Positions 20,161-28,277 of a stretch of DNA of 32,000 bases are shown piece after piece. The translations under genes and the position numbers were made by a program. Source of the DNA: Isorropodon fossajaponicum endosymbiont JTNG4 (GTDB lineage: Bacteria > Pseudomonadota > Gammaproteobacteria > PS1 > Pseudothioglobaceae); NCBI RefSeq assembly GCF_016592615.1, contig NZ_AP013043.1:1380001-1412000 (forward strand), written 5' to 3'. Below the pieces are notes generated by a model. That model saw nothing but the letters and a program-made list of their open reading frames with translations. It ran no database searches and was not told the DNA's origin. The number at the start of each line of letters is the position of its first letter. Position 1 is the first letter of the stretch.

Positions 20161-21146
20161 ATGCGAGATACAATGACTTTTTGGAGAGCATTGAAAACAA
20201 TCTATCTTTTATTTACTTTAACTTTATCAACTTTGTCAAACGCTTGGACTATTCAAGGCATGGGCGAATTTTCGCCTGAAAAGCTTAGCAATAACCTACT
20301 TATCATTCATGGTCCATCTGGTGAGCCAAGTGTACAGAACCAGGGATTTATGAATAACCCTGGCATTATTATTGGCAAAAAAGGTGTTATTATTGTTGAC
20401 CCAGGCAGCGCCTATAGTGTAGGTAAAAAAGTGCTTAAAGAAGTTGAAAAAATTACCAAAAAACCTGTTATTGCTGTCTTTAATACACATGTTCATGGCG
20501 ACCGTTGACTGGGCAATCAAATTATTATCGAAAAATACCCCAGTGTCAAAATTTATGCTTACCCATAAATGATTATTGAGGCTAAAAATGGTGAAGGTGA
20601 TAACTAGGTCAATCTAATGGCAACTCTAACTGATGGCTTAACAAAAGACACAATTGCCACCTATCCAACTGATGCCACCCAACATTTACAAGTCATCAAC
20701 TTATAGGCTCAGAGCAATTTAAAATCCACAGCCCTACCATCAAAGCACACACTAATACAGATATTATGATTGAGCATGTCAATAGTAGAACTTTATTCTT
20801 AGGTGACAATGGCTTTGTTAATCGCATGGGTCGTTTTGACAACAGCTCCAGCATGCATGACAACATCAAAGTATTGCAATATGCAACGGATTTAGGTCTA
20901 GATTATTACGTACCTGGCCATGGCTCGTCAGGCAATGTAAACCATGCTGTTAAGCCATTTTTAGATTACCTACTCATCATCCAAGATGAAGCTAAAAAAG
21001 GCTATGAGCAAGACCTGGCTGACTATGAAATTAAACCTATCGCCATTAAACAGCTAACTGCTTATAAAAATTGGCATGGGTTTGATGAGCATTTTGGCAA
21101 ACATATTGGCAAAATGCTACTTGAGATTGAGGCGCTAGATTTATAA
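20161..21146 (+). pseudogene. Secreted MBL-fold metallo-hydrolase with nonsense mutations and a frameshift
   Basis: A signal-peptide-like N-terminus is followed by 'NTHVHGDR*LGNQ'. This is an HxHxDH motif with the last His changed to Arg, followed by TGA at 20506-20508. Further in-frame stops are TAA 20566-20568, TAG 20605-20607 and TAG 20704-20706. A 1-nt frameshift near 20701 leads into ORF 20766..21146 ('AHTNTDIMIEH...LFLGDNG...VPGHG'). Confidence 0.75.
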
Positions 21147-21163
21147 ACCTTTTGGGTAGGATG

Positions 21164-21403
21164 CTAGCTAAAAAAGCCATCCATATGCAACTCAGTTAAA
21201 TCGCTAAATCCACCGATATGCTTATCGTCAATAACAATTTGTGGCACCATTCTAGCGCCGTTAGTCACTTTTGAGAACTCCACCATAAGTGCACGGTCTT
21301 CGTCGATCATTTTTTGCTCAAATGGTAAATTCCATTTGTTTAATAGTTCCTTGGTTTTGACACAAATTGGGCAAGTGTTGGTTGAATAGACTACGATCTT
21401 CAT
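21164..21403 (-). CDS. Glutaredoxin-family protein
   Basis: 79 aa with 'CPIC' active site and '[17 protein letters not shown]'. Its ATG overlaps the leuB stop (ATGA). Confidence 0.8.
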   Translation of the reverse strand: MKIVVYSTNTCPICVKTKELLNKWNLPFEQKMIDEDRALMVEFSKVTNGARMVPQIVIDDKHIGGFSDLTELHMDGFFS

Positions 21404-22470
21404 GCCAATGCCTCTACTACTAAATCACCCATTTCATTCGTACCAACAACCAAGCCACCTTCTGTTACAATATCTTGCGTGCGATAACCTTTATCTAATA
21501 CAGTATTAACTGCCACTTCAATTTTACGTGCCAAGTCCACTTGATTGAGTGAATAACGCAACATCATAGCAACTGAAAGAATAGTCGCCAAAGGATTAGC
21601 GATATCTTTGCCTGCAATATCAGGTGCTGAACCGTGAATAGGCTCATACATACCAAACCCATCTTGATTAAGCGAAGCTGACGGCAACATACCAATTGAG
21701 CCGGTCAACATTGCTGCGCAATCACTCAGCACATCGCCAAATAGATTTGAAGTCACCATCACATCAAATTGCTTAGGCGCTCTGACTAATTGCATCGCAG
21801 CATTATCCACATACATATGGGTCAATTCAACATCTGGATAATCTTTAGCCACATCCGTCATCACTTCACGCCATAATTCACATACTTCTAGCACATTTGC
21901 CTTATCTACTGAGCAAACACGCTTGTTACGAAGTTGTGCAATTTTAAAGACCGAGTGTCCAATACGTCTGATTTCTGACTCATAATAAGTGGCTGTATTA
22001 AACCCATATTTTTGCCCATCACGCACTTCAATACCTCGTGGCTTGCCAAAATAAATACCTGCAACCAGCTCACGAACAATCATCAAATCAAGTCCTGACA
22101 CCACTTCTTCTTTTAACGTAGAAGCGCTAGCAAGTTGTGGGTATAAAATCGCAGGACGTAAATTAGAAAACAAATCCATTTCTGCGCGCAGCCCCAACAA
22201 ACCTCGTTCTGGTCGCAAATTACGCTCTAAAGATTCCCACTGGTAACCGCCCACAGCACCTAATAAAATAGAATCACATTGACGTGCAGCATCCAGTGTG
22301 GCTTGTGGCAAAGGCGAACCAGTTTCATCATAGGCACTACCACCAACTAGGCTATGTTCAAGCATCATGCCAAGATTAAAATCTGCATTCAAGCGGTCAA
22401 TCACTTTAAGCGCTTGCGTTATAATTTCTTGACCGATGCCATCGCCTGGTAATATTAATACTTTTGACAT
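21400..22470 (-). CDS. leuB: 3-isopropylmalate dehydrogenase
   Basis: 356 aa, '[10 protein letters not shown]', 'NLFGDVLSD' and 'GSAPDIAGK'. Confidence 0.95.
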   Translation of the reverse strand: MSKVLILPGDGIGQEIITQALKVIDRLNADFNLGMMLEHSLVGGSAYDETGSPLPQATLDAARQCDSILLGAVGGYQWESLERNLRPERGLLGLRAEMDLFSNLRPAILYPQLASASTLKEEVVSGLDLMIVRELVAGIYFGKPRGIEVRDGQKYGFNTATYYESEIRRIGHSVFKIAQLRNKRVCSVDKANVLEVCELWREVMTDVAKDYPDVELTHMYVDNAAMQLVRAPKQFDVMVTSNLFGDVLSDCAAMLTGSIGMLPSASLNQDGFGMYEPIHGSAPDIAGKDIANPLATILSVAMMLRYSLNQVDLARKIEVAVNTVLDKGYRTQDIVTEGGLVVGTNEMGDLVVEALA

Positions 22471-22509
22471 GCTTCTTCCTTTACATCAGTTTTAAAAAAA
22501 GTTATTTTA

Positions 22510-22601
22510 CTAGATTTCAACCATTTCAAACTCGGCCTTACTAGCACCCAATCTGAGCACACCCAATCGCACACAATGCATCTATATTTTTTCATTTTCA
22601 T
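22510..22601 (-). pseudogene. Rubredoxin remnant (internal deletion plus 1-nt deletion)
   Basis: This locus is not in the ORF track. On the minus strand a GAGG Shine-Dalgarno precedes 'MKMKKYRCIVCDWVCSD'. Two nt 'TG' follow, where a Cys codon should be. Then 'GASKAEFEMVEI*' reads in the +2 frame. Rubredoxins read 'KKYxCxVCG...(about 28 aa)...DDWVCPxCGxxKxxFExxE'. The remnant is 92 nt against about 165 nt expected. Confidence 0.55.
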
Positions 22602-22626
22602 TGCTAATCCTCTCTGTATAAGCCAT

Positions 22627-22649
22627 AAAAAAAGGGAGCCTAAACTCCC
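22627..22649 (-). terminator. Rho-independent terminator after the peroxiredoxin gene
   Basis: The minus strand reads GGGAG-TTTAGG-CTCCC followed by TTTTTTT (stems at 22645-22649 and 22634-22638; T-run = 22627-22633). Confidence 0.6.
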
Positions 22650-22669
22650 TTATTCAACATCAAATTTAA

Positions 22670-23269
22670 TTACAATTCATCGGCATGTTTTGACAAATAA
22701 TCAGCCACACCTGCAGGTGTATCTTTCATGCCTTCATCGCCCTTGTTCCAACCTGCAGGACAAACTTCACCATGCTCAGTGTGGAAATCAAGCGCATCAA
22801 CCATACGCAACATTTCATCAACATTTCTACCCAGTGGTAAATCATTCACCACTTGATGACGTACATCAAAATTCTCATCAATTAAGAATGATGCGCGCAG
22901 TGCAATACCTGCTGGATGCACAATGCCATAAGCTTCCATAATAGAATGGTCAGTATCAGCCACCAATGGGAAATCAATAACGCCCAAACCACCCTCTGCT
23001 GGTGCAGTGTTGCGCCATGCATTATGCGTAAACTGTGAATCTACTGAAACACCAACCACTTCAACACCTTTGTCATTAAACTGCGTCATTCTGTGGTGAT
23101 GCGCTAGAATCTCTGAAGGACAAACAAAAGTAAAATCTAGTGGGTAAAAGAACAACATAATTTTCTTACCTTTAAGGCTAGAAAGTTGGAAATTATCAAC
23201 AATCGTACCATCTGCTAAAACAGCAGCAGCTGTAAAATCTGGGGCTTGTTGTGTGACTAAAACGCTCAT
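22670..23269 (-). CDS. Typical 2-Cys peroxiredoxin (AhpC/Prx1 subfamily)
   Basis: 199 aa. Peroxidatic Cys in 'FTFVCPSEI' and resolving Cys in 'GEVCPAGW'. Confidence 0.9.
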   Translation of the reverse strand: MSVLVTQQAPDFTAAAVLADGTIVDNFQLSSLKGKKIMLFFYPLDFTFVCPSEILAHHHRMTQFNDKGVEVVGVSVDSQFTHNAWRNTAPAEGGLGVIDFPLVADTDHSIMEAYGIVHPAGIALRASFLIDENFDVRHQVVNDLPLGRNVDEMLRMVDALDFHTEHGEVCPAGWNKGDEGMKDTPAGVADYLSKHADEL

Positions 23270-23401
23270 GCATTTTCTCCTATTATATAATTAAAAAACT
23301 CGTTAATTATACAACTGCTTATGCTCATAAATCATATAAAAAGCAAGAGTTTGTTATTGACAAGACAAAATCAGATAGATACTCACGTAAAATACCGCTC
23401 T

Positions 23402-24790
23402 ATGCTTAAAATTTACAACACACTAAGTAAACAAAAAGAAGTTTTTCGCCCAATTAATGCCGATAAAGTAGGCATATACGTTTGTGGAATGACGGTTTAT
23501 GATTATTGCCATATGGGTCATGCACGAGTATTGGTGATGTTTGATATCATCACTCGTCACCTTAGGCGGCTTTTTCCAAATGTTGAATATGTGCGTAATA
23601 TCACCGACATTGACGACAAAATTATCAAACGCGCTGTTGAAAACAAAGAAGATACACACACATTGACTAATCGTTTTATTAACGCCATGCACGAAGATGA
23701 GCGCGCTCTTGGCGTGTTACCGCCTGATGTTGAACCACGTGCAACTGATACGACGGACCAAATGTTTTATATGATAAAGTCGCTGATTGAAAAAGGCTTT
23801 GCTTATCAAGCTCATAATGGTGATGTGTATTATTCAGTGCGCCGTTTTAAAAATTATGGGAAACTCTCAAGGAAAAATCTTGATGAGCTTGAGGCGGGTG
23901 CGCGGATTGAGGTAGAAAGTGCCAAAAAAGACCCACTGGATTTTGTCCTTTGGAAAATGTCCAAACCCAGCGAACCAAGCTGGTACTCCCCTTGGGGGCA
24001 GGGTCGCCCTGGTTGGCATATTGAATGCTCTGCCATGTCCACGCATCACTTAGGCAATCACTTTGATATTCATGGTGGTGGTATGGATTTGGCTTTTCCG
24101 CATCATGAAAATGAAATCGCCCAATCTGAAGGTGCGAATGATTGCACTTTTGTTAACACTTGGATGCACATAGGTTTTGTCAATATTGATGATGAAAAAA
24201 TGAGCAAATCATTGGATAATTTTTTCACCATTCGTGGCGTATTAGAAAGCTATGATGGTGAAACCTTGCGTTATTTCATTATGAGTTCTCATTACCGCAG
24301 TCCACTTAATTTTTCAGATGATAATCTTAATAAGGCCAAGTCATCACTATCTCGTTTGTACACCGCCATTCGTGGTCTCAACGCTTCTAGCGCAGCAACT
24401 GAGGAAGTATCCATGCGTTTTGACTACTCAATACGATTTAATGAAGCACTTGATGATGACTTTAACACACCCATCGCCTTGAGTGTTTTATTCGAGCTGG
24501 CAAAAACAGTCAATTCACAACGTCAAAAGGATGTTGACCAAGCCAATACTTTGGCGCAATTACTCAAAAAACTCGGTGGCTATATTGGTATTTTGCAAAT
24601 GGATGCAGATAAATTTTTAAAGCAAGGTGTTTCCTTATCAGACAGCGAAGTTGATACAAAAATTACCAGCAGAAATGAAGCCAGAGTTGATAAAGATTTT
24701 GCACTAAGTGACCAAATTAGAGACAAGCTAGCTGAGCTTGGCATTGTACTAGAGGATAATGCCAATGGCACAACTTGGCGTAGAAAATAA
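23402..24790 (+). CDS. cysS: Cysteine--tRNA ligase
   Basis: The start is taken at '[15 protein letters not shown]'; the ORF track begins 27 codons earlier. HIGH-type motif 'CHMGHAR' and 'KMSKS' are present. Confidence 0.95.
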   Translation: MLKIYNTLSKQKEVFRPINADKVGIYVCGMTVYDYCHMGHARVLVMFDIITRHLRRLFPNVEYVRNITDIDDKIIKRAVENKEDTHTLTNRFINAMHEDERALGVLPPDVEPRATDTTDQMFYMIKSLIEKGFAYQAHNGDVYYSVRRFKNYGKLSRKNLDELEAGARIEVESAKKDPLDFVLWKMSKPSEPSWYSPWGQGRPGWHIECSAMSTHHLGNHFDIHGGGMDLAFPHHENEIAQSEGANDCTFVNTWMHIGFVNIDDEKMSKSLDNFFTIRGVLESYDGETLRYFIMSSHYRSPLNFSDDNLNKAKSSLSRLYTAIRGLNASSAATEEVSMRFDYSIRFNEALDDDFNTPIALSVLFELAKTVNSQRQKDVDQANTLAQLLKKLGGYIGILQMDADKFLKQGVSLSDSEVDTKITSRNEARVDKDFALSDQIRDKLAELGIVLEDNANGTTWRRK

Positions 24791-25454
24791 CATTGACTGG
24801 CCTTCAATAGACACCATTTTATTAGACATGGATGGCACTTTGCTAGACCTTAATTTTGATTTGCATTTTTGGATGGAGTATATGCCTTTGGTCTTTGCCA
24901 ATAAATACAACCTGACACACCAACAATCAAAAGATAAAATCTACCCCATTCTTCGAGCGCAAGAGGGTAAGCTACACTAGTATTGTTTGGATTATTGGTA
25001 AAAAGTGTTTAAACTAGGCATTGCCAAACTCAAAGAAGACGCGGCTCATTTAATCCAAATACATCCGTTTGTACTAGACTTTTTAGTACAAGCCAAGCAA
25101 CACAAAAAACGCATTTATTTAGTCACTAATGCCCATAGAAAAACCATTCAATTAAAAATGCGAATCACTAATTTAGCTCAATATTTTGATGCTATTATTT
25201 CATCGCATGACTACAATATGGCTAAAGAGGAGCAAGATTTTTGGCACCAGTTAAACAAAGCTATTCATTTGAACAAGCAAAAAAGTATCTTCTTTGACGA
25301 TTCTTTATCAGTGCTAAATGCCACTAAATAATACGGCATTGGCACCATTGTTGTCATCAATAAGCCCAACTCTAAAATGGACACAAAATCAATAAAAGGA
25401 TTCATCAATATCGAAACTTTTGAACACGCACTACCCGTCAAGGCACATTTATAA
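24759..25454 (+). pseudogene. yrfG: HAD-family nucleotidase (YrfG-like) with three in-frame stops
   Basis: A single frame of about 231 codons. HAD motif I 'LLDMDGTLLD', plus 'LVTNAH' and 'FFDDS'. It is interrupted only by TAG 24978-24980 ('KLH*YCLDYW'), TAA 24999-25001 and TAA 25329-25331 ('NATK*YGIG'). There are no frameshifts. Confidence 0.75.
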
Positions 25455-25456
25455 AA

Positions 25457-25630
25457 ATGAATACAAAAATTGGCATTCAGGGTAATAACGACGCACACAT
25501 AACTCATCTAAATTTAGTAGAAAAATTAAACCTCCAAAATGGAGAAATCGTCATTGAGCATGGGCACGAACATGGTGCTCATCAGCCTTCTCATGACTCA
25601 CTAAGAGCTGCCCACCCAAATGCAAAAAAA
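25457..25630 (+). pseudogene. MJ0936/YfcE-type metallophosphoesterase remnant
   Basis: 'MNTKIGI' resembles the family start 'MKIGIxSDTH'. It is joined directly to 'QGNNDAH...GEIVIEHGHEHG...SLRAAHPNAK' (family motifs GNxD and HGH). The first metal-binding motifs and the final GHTH motif are absent. The reading ends where IS sequence begins. Confidence 0.5.
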
Positions 25631-25633
25631 AAA

Positions 25634-26737
25634 TCATGATAATATCAGGAGCTTGCTCCTCAGCAGTTAGCAGATGGAGAAAACAATACCTAGCAGAGCT
25701 TGGTGGACAAACACCAGAGTCAGGCAAAGCGCTGACTTCTGAACAACAAACAATACAACTGCTTGAGAAACAACTTTGGCGCGCACAAAGGGACAATGAA
25801 ATCTTAAAAAAGGCAACAGCCTTGTTCGCTGTGGACAATCACCAAGTGATATGATTATCAAGATAAACAAGGCTTGCCAACAATACAATACTAAAGAATT
25901 ATGAGCATTACTCAAACTTCCTCGCAGTAGTTATTACTATCAAGTCAAAGATAAGCGAGTAAACAACAACACCAATGCTATGATTAAATTAATCAAACAA
26001 ACTGCTATTGAAGTTGGATACACCTATGGCAAACGCAGAATGCGGGTAGTTTTGAATAACCAAGGTTATAACATTGGTATTTACCAAACCGCAACGCTAA
26101 TGAAAAAAGCCAATGTAGTTGCCATACGCCCAAGAAAGCGTCATTATTACCCTAATACTAGATTGATGTTTAAAAAGGCAAAAAACCTATTAAATCGTGT
26201 GTTTGAGCAGCAATCAATTAATACGCATTGGGTTGGTGATATTACCTATATCAAAACCTATCAAGGTGGGAGTTATTTAGCCAGTGTGTTGGATTTAGGC
26301 TCAAGACAAGTTGTTGGTTGGGCATTGTCAAAACAGCCTAATGCTCAGTTGGCAAAGGATGCGCTTAGTAATGCTGTGTCTAGACACCAGCCCAATACAA
26401 ATAAACACATGTTCCACTCTGATCAAGGGACTCAATACTCTTCTAAAGTTTTTATTGATTATTGCAACAAGAACAACATTACTCAAAGCATGAGCAGGCG
26501 AGGTAATTGTTGGGATAATGCGGTCATGGAGCGTTTCTTTAGAAGTCTGAAGACTGAGAGATTAAATTATCAAAGTTTTGCAAATCATAGTGAAGTCGTG
26601 CAAAATGTAGAGGGTTATATCTACTTGTATAATTACAAAAGGATTCATTCAGCGATTGGGTATTTAACACCTGCTCAAAAGATGGCTGAATTGAAAAAAG
26701 CGGCTTGAAATGTGTCCAAGTAGGTTAGAGCATTGCA
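25634..26737 (+). mobile_element. IS3-family element, 5'-truncated, transposase inactivated
   Basis: An OrfA C-terminal part lies at 25636..25854 ('AVSRWRKQY...RDNEILKKATALF'). The DDE OrfB lies at 25980..26708 ('HWVGDITYI', 'HSDQGTQYSS', 'GNCWDNAVMERFF'). The right terminus ...TTAGAGCATTGCA ends at 26737. No left inverted repeat and no OrfA HTH region could be found. The OrfAB frame contains TGA at 25902-25904 ('KEL*ALLKLPRSSYYY'). The left boundary is approximate, within 25621-25636. Confidence 0.85.
25806..25812 (+). promoter_or_regulatory. IS3-type -1 programmed ribosomal frameshift heptamer A AAA AAG
   Basis: aaaaaag sits in the 'LKK' codons near the end of orfA. The -1 frame is open from here ('KKGNSLVRCGQ...') into orfB until the TGA at 25902. 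Confidence 0.6.
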
Positions 26738-27303
26738 GTTTGAATACCTTTATCACCCTTGCCTCCTTTCTCGCCTTTGTTGTCTATATTACCTATGACC
26801 TCAACTTCTGCTAAAGAGAGAAAGTTTTTATCGAGTAGTTGGACTTTAACATAACGACCTTGTGTGCCTTCGTCACCTAAGTCAATTGTTGTGCCGGGGT
26901 TAGGATAGGCATGAAAGTCTTGCTGATAGGTGATGGCATTAAAATCAGCATCAGTGGCAACACTGACTCGATAGTTAGTCAATCTGCTGCCTTTACAACA
27001 ATTAGTACGATTGTAAATAACGATTTGATTAATGGTTTGATCGCTTTGTAAATCAACACGCCACCAAACACACCTTGACGGTTTTGGGTGTTGGTGGTAC
27101 TTTTGTGGTTATAGTTGCCGCTAGTGTTGCCATCAACCGCTCTCGAAGAAACACCACCCCAACCTGTGGAGGATTGTGTGGTGGGTTTATTGAGGACTAA
27201 GCCAGTGGTAACAGCGTGAACAGTGGTGGTTAAATAAGGTGAAGAGTGTTGCTATTAGTAATAAAATACGGGAGAAACTTTTGGTGATGAGCAATGAATT
27301 CAT
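26738..27303 (-). pseudogene. Secreted lectin-like (F-type lectin/discoidin, galactose-binding-like) protein with a collagen-like tail; frameshifted and truncated by the IS
   Basis: A GGAGA Shine-Dalgarno precedes ATG 27303 and the signal peptide 'MNSLLITKSFSRILLLIATLF'. In a second frame: 'TTVHAVTTGLVLNKPTTQSSTGWGGVSSRAVDGNTSGNYNHKSTTNTQN'. In a third frame: 'WWRVDLQSDQTINQIVIYNRTNCCKGSRLTNYRVSVATD...GRYVKVQLL...LSLAEVEVIG', followed by 'GEKGGKGDKGIQ'. The gene then reads straight into the IS terminus at 26737. Confidence 0.65.
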
Positions 27304-27418
27304 TGGGCGTTCTCCTTAATATGGAAATAGAATTTTGTATTGATTTTAAAATTAGTTTAGCACTAATGGCAAGTTGTGTTGAAAGGTTTTGATTAAAAAA
27401 AACTAAGCAATCATGAAT

Positions 27419-27694
27419 TTAATGAGGTGTAAGGCGTAATAATAATTGTTTTTTATCAATTACAAAGTAAAAGGCTTGGAGCCAATCAGTGCCTAATAAA
27501 CCATCAATATTGGAAGGTAGTTTTGCTTGTGGTAGAACAGCAATGAGAAAATCTTGTTTTGTGATTGCACCCACTGTAAATTCTTTAATATTAATTTTAT
27601 GGGCTGTAATAGTGCCATTTGCAGTACTTAAAGTGATTTTCTCTGCCTGGTTAAAAGATTCATTGCTGCATTTTCTTTTGATACTGCTCCTACA
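27419..27694 (-). pseudogene. Retropepsin-like (clan AA) aspartic protease, C-terminal fragment only
   Basis: 'EKITLSTANGTITAHKINIKEFTVGAITKQDFLIAVLPQAKLPSNIDGLLGTDWLQAFYFVIDKKQLLLRL' fits the C-terminal half of bacterial retropepsin-like domains. The catalytic D-T/S-G part and any start codon are missing. Confidence 0.4.
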
Positions 27695-28127
27695 TTAGAT
27701 TGGGCTAATCGTTATCTAAATATCAAAGAGGCTTATTCAGAAGTTAGCACAATCCCTGCCTATGGTACAGTGTCATTTAGAATTAGTGCTGATGCTTGGA
27801 ATGGCCTAGCCAGTAATTACGGTTGGTGCAGGTGTTGCAGGTAGTATTTCCTGTACTTCGTATGGTAAAGGTGGTATTGGCACAGCATCAAATGATGGTC
27901 TTGGCGGTACGCAAAGTGTGAGTGCTACCACAGGTGGGTTGTGGGCGGGGGATGGCGGCACATCAAATGGCGGGGAAATAACCAACTTAGATAGAGAGGC
28001 TCGCTCGCTAGGTGTGCTTGAGCTTGGCAAAGGAGAAAATGGTTATAATCCTGATGGTAGTTGGGTTTATGGCATAAACACCGGATCAAGTGGCGGTGGC
28101 GGTATAAGAATAACTTATCTAGGATAA
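27632..28127 (+). pseudogene. Glycine-rich domain protein, C-terminal fragment with a frameshift
   Basis: 'FSFDTAPTLDWANRYLNIKEAYSEVSTIPAYGTVSFRISADAWNG' changes frame within 27810-27841. It continues as 'PVITVGAGVAGSISCTSYGKGGIGTASNDGLGGTQ...GGLWAGDGGTSNGG...GSSGGGGIRITYLG*'. No start codon or N-terminal part is present. Confidence 0.45.
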
Positions 28128-28277
28128 TAGCTTTAAAGTGAGAACCCATGGTGGATTTATTTATATGGTGGCTAAGGCTAAATCTTATGATTTCTTAAGC
28201 GTTGATTAGAAAACCTACCTACAGGTGTGGTATTTTGTCATAATTAGTACTTTATAAATGGCTAAATAAAGGGGTAT

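Noticed and set aside
22545-22568. Direct repeat CACCCAATC x2 with 15-nt spacing upstream of leuB, considered as a regulator binding site.
   Set aside because: It is explained by the coding remnants of the two halves of the rubredoxin ghost (GAT TGG GTG / GAT TG- GGT G).
22576-22941. 121-aa His/Pro-rich ORF on the plus strand.
   Set aside because: Mostly antisense to the peroxiredoxin gene. Its 5' end crosses the terminator and the rubredoxin remnant.
23423-24807. Minus-strand ORFs 23423..23692, 23854..24049 and 24580..24807.
   Set aside because: Antisense shadows of cysS.
25421-25450. TGAACACGCACTACCCGTCAAGGCACATTT as the left inverted repeat of the IS (14/30 match to the right end, including CACATTT).
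   Set aside because: It lies inside the last codons of the YrfG-like gene, whose length is already complete. The sequence after it encodes a phosphoesterase remnant, not OrfA. The derivative copy supplies a much better left-end candidate (16685-16702).
25624-25633. The A10 run as a programmed frameshift or phase-variation site; a similar A10 lies at 5123-5132.
   Set aside because: The genuine IS3 slippery heptamer is at 25806-25812. This run sits at a junction of unrelated sequences, and such runs are common in AT-rich DNA.
25457-25639. ORF 25457..25639 as the N-terminal (HTH) half of IS3 OrfA.
   Set aside because: 'KIGI', 'GNND' and 'HGH' fit an MJ0936-type phosphoesterase, and no HTH or 'EFK' pattern is present. 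It is also in a different frame from OrfA.
20506-25904. Possibility that TGA, TAG or TAA are reassigned (alternative genetic code, Sec or Pyl), which would explain the many in-frame stops.
   Set aside because: All intact genes end with these codons at orthologue-consistent lengths and use TGG for Trp. The stops co-occur with frameshifts, deletions and active-site losses in the same genes. No SECIS-like context is evident.
27806-28149. Pro-rich minus-strand ORFs 27806..28030 and 27925..28149, and the plus-strand ORF 27489..27698.
   Set aside because: The minus-strand ORFs are complements of Gly codons in the glycine-rich fragment. ORF 27489..27698 is the antisense of the retropepsin-like fragment.
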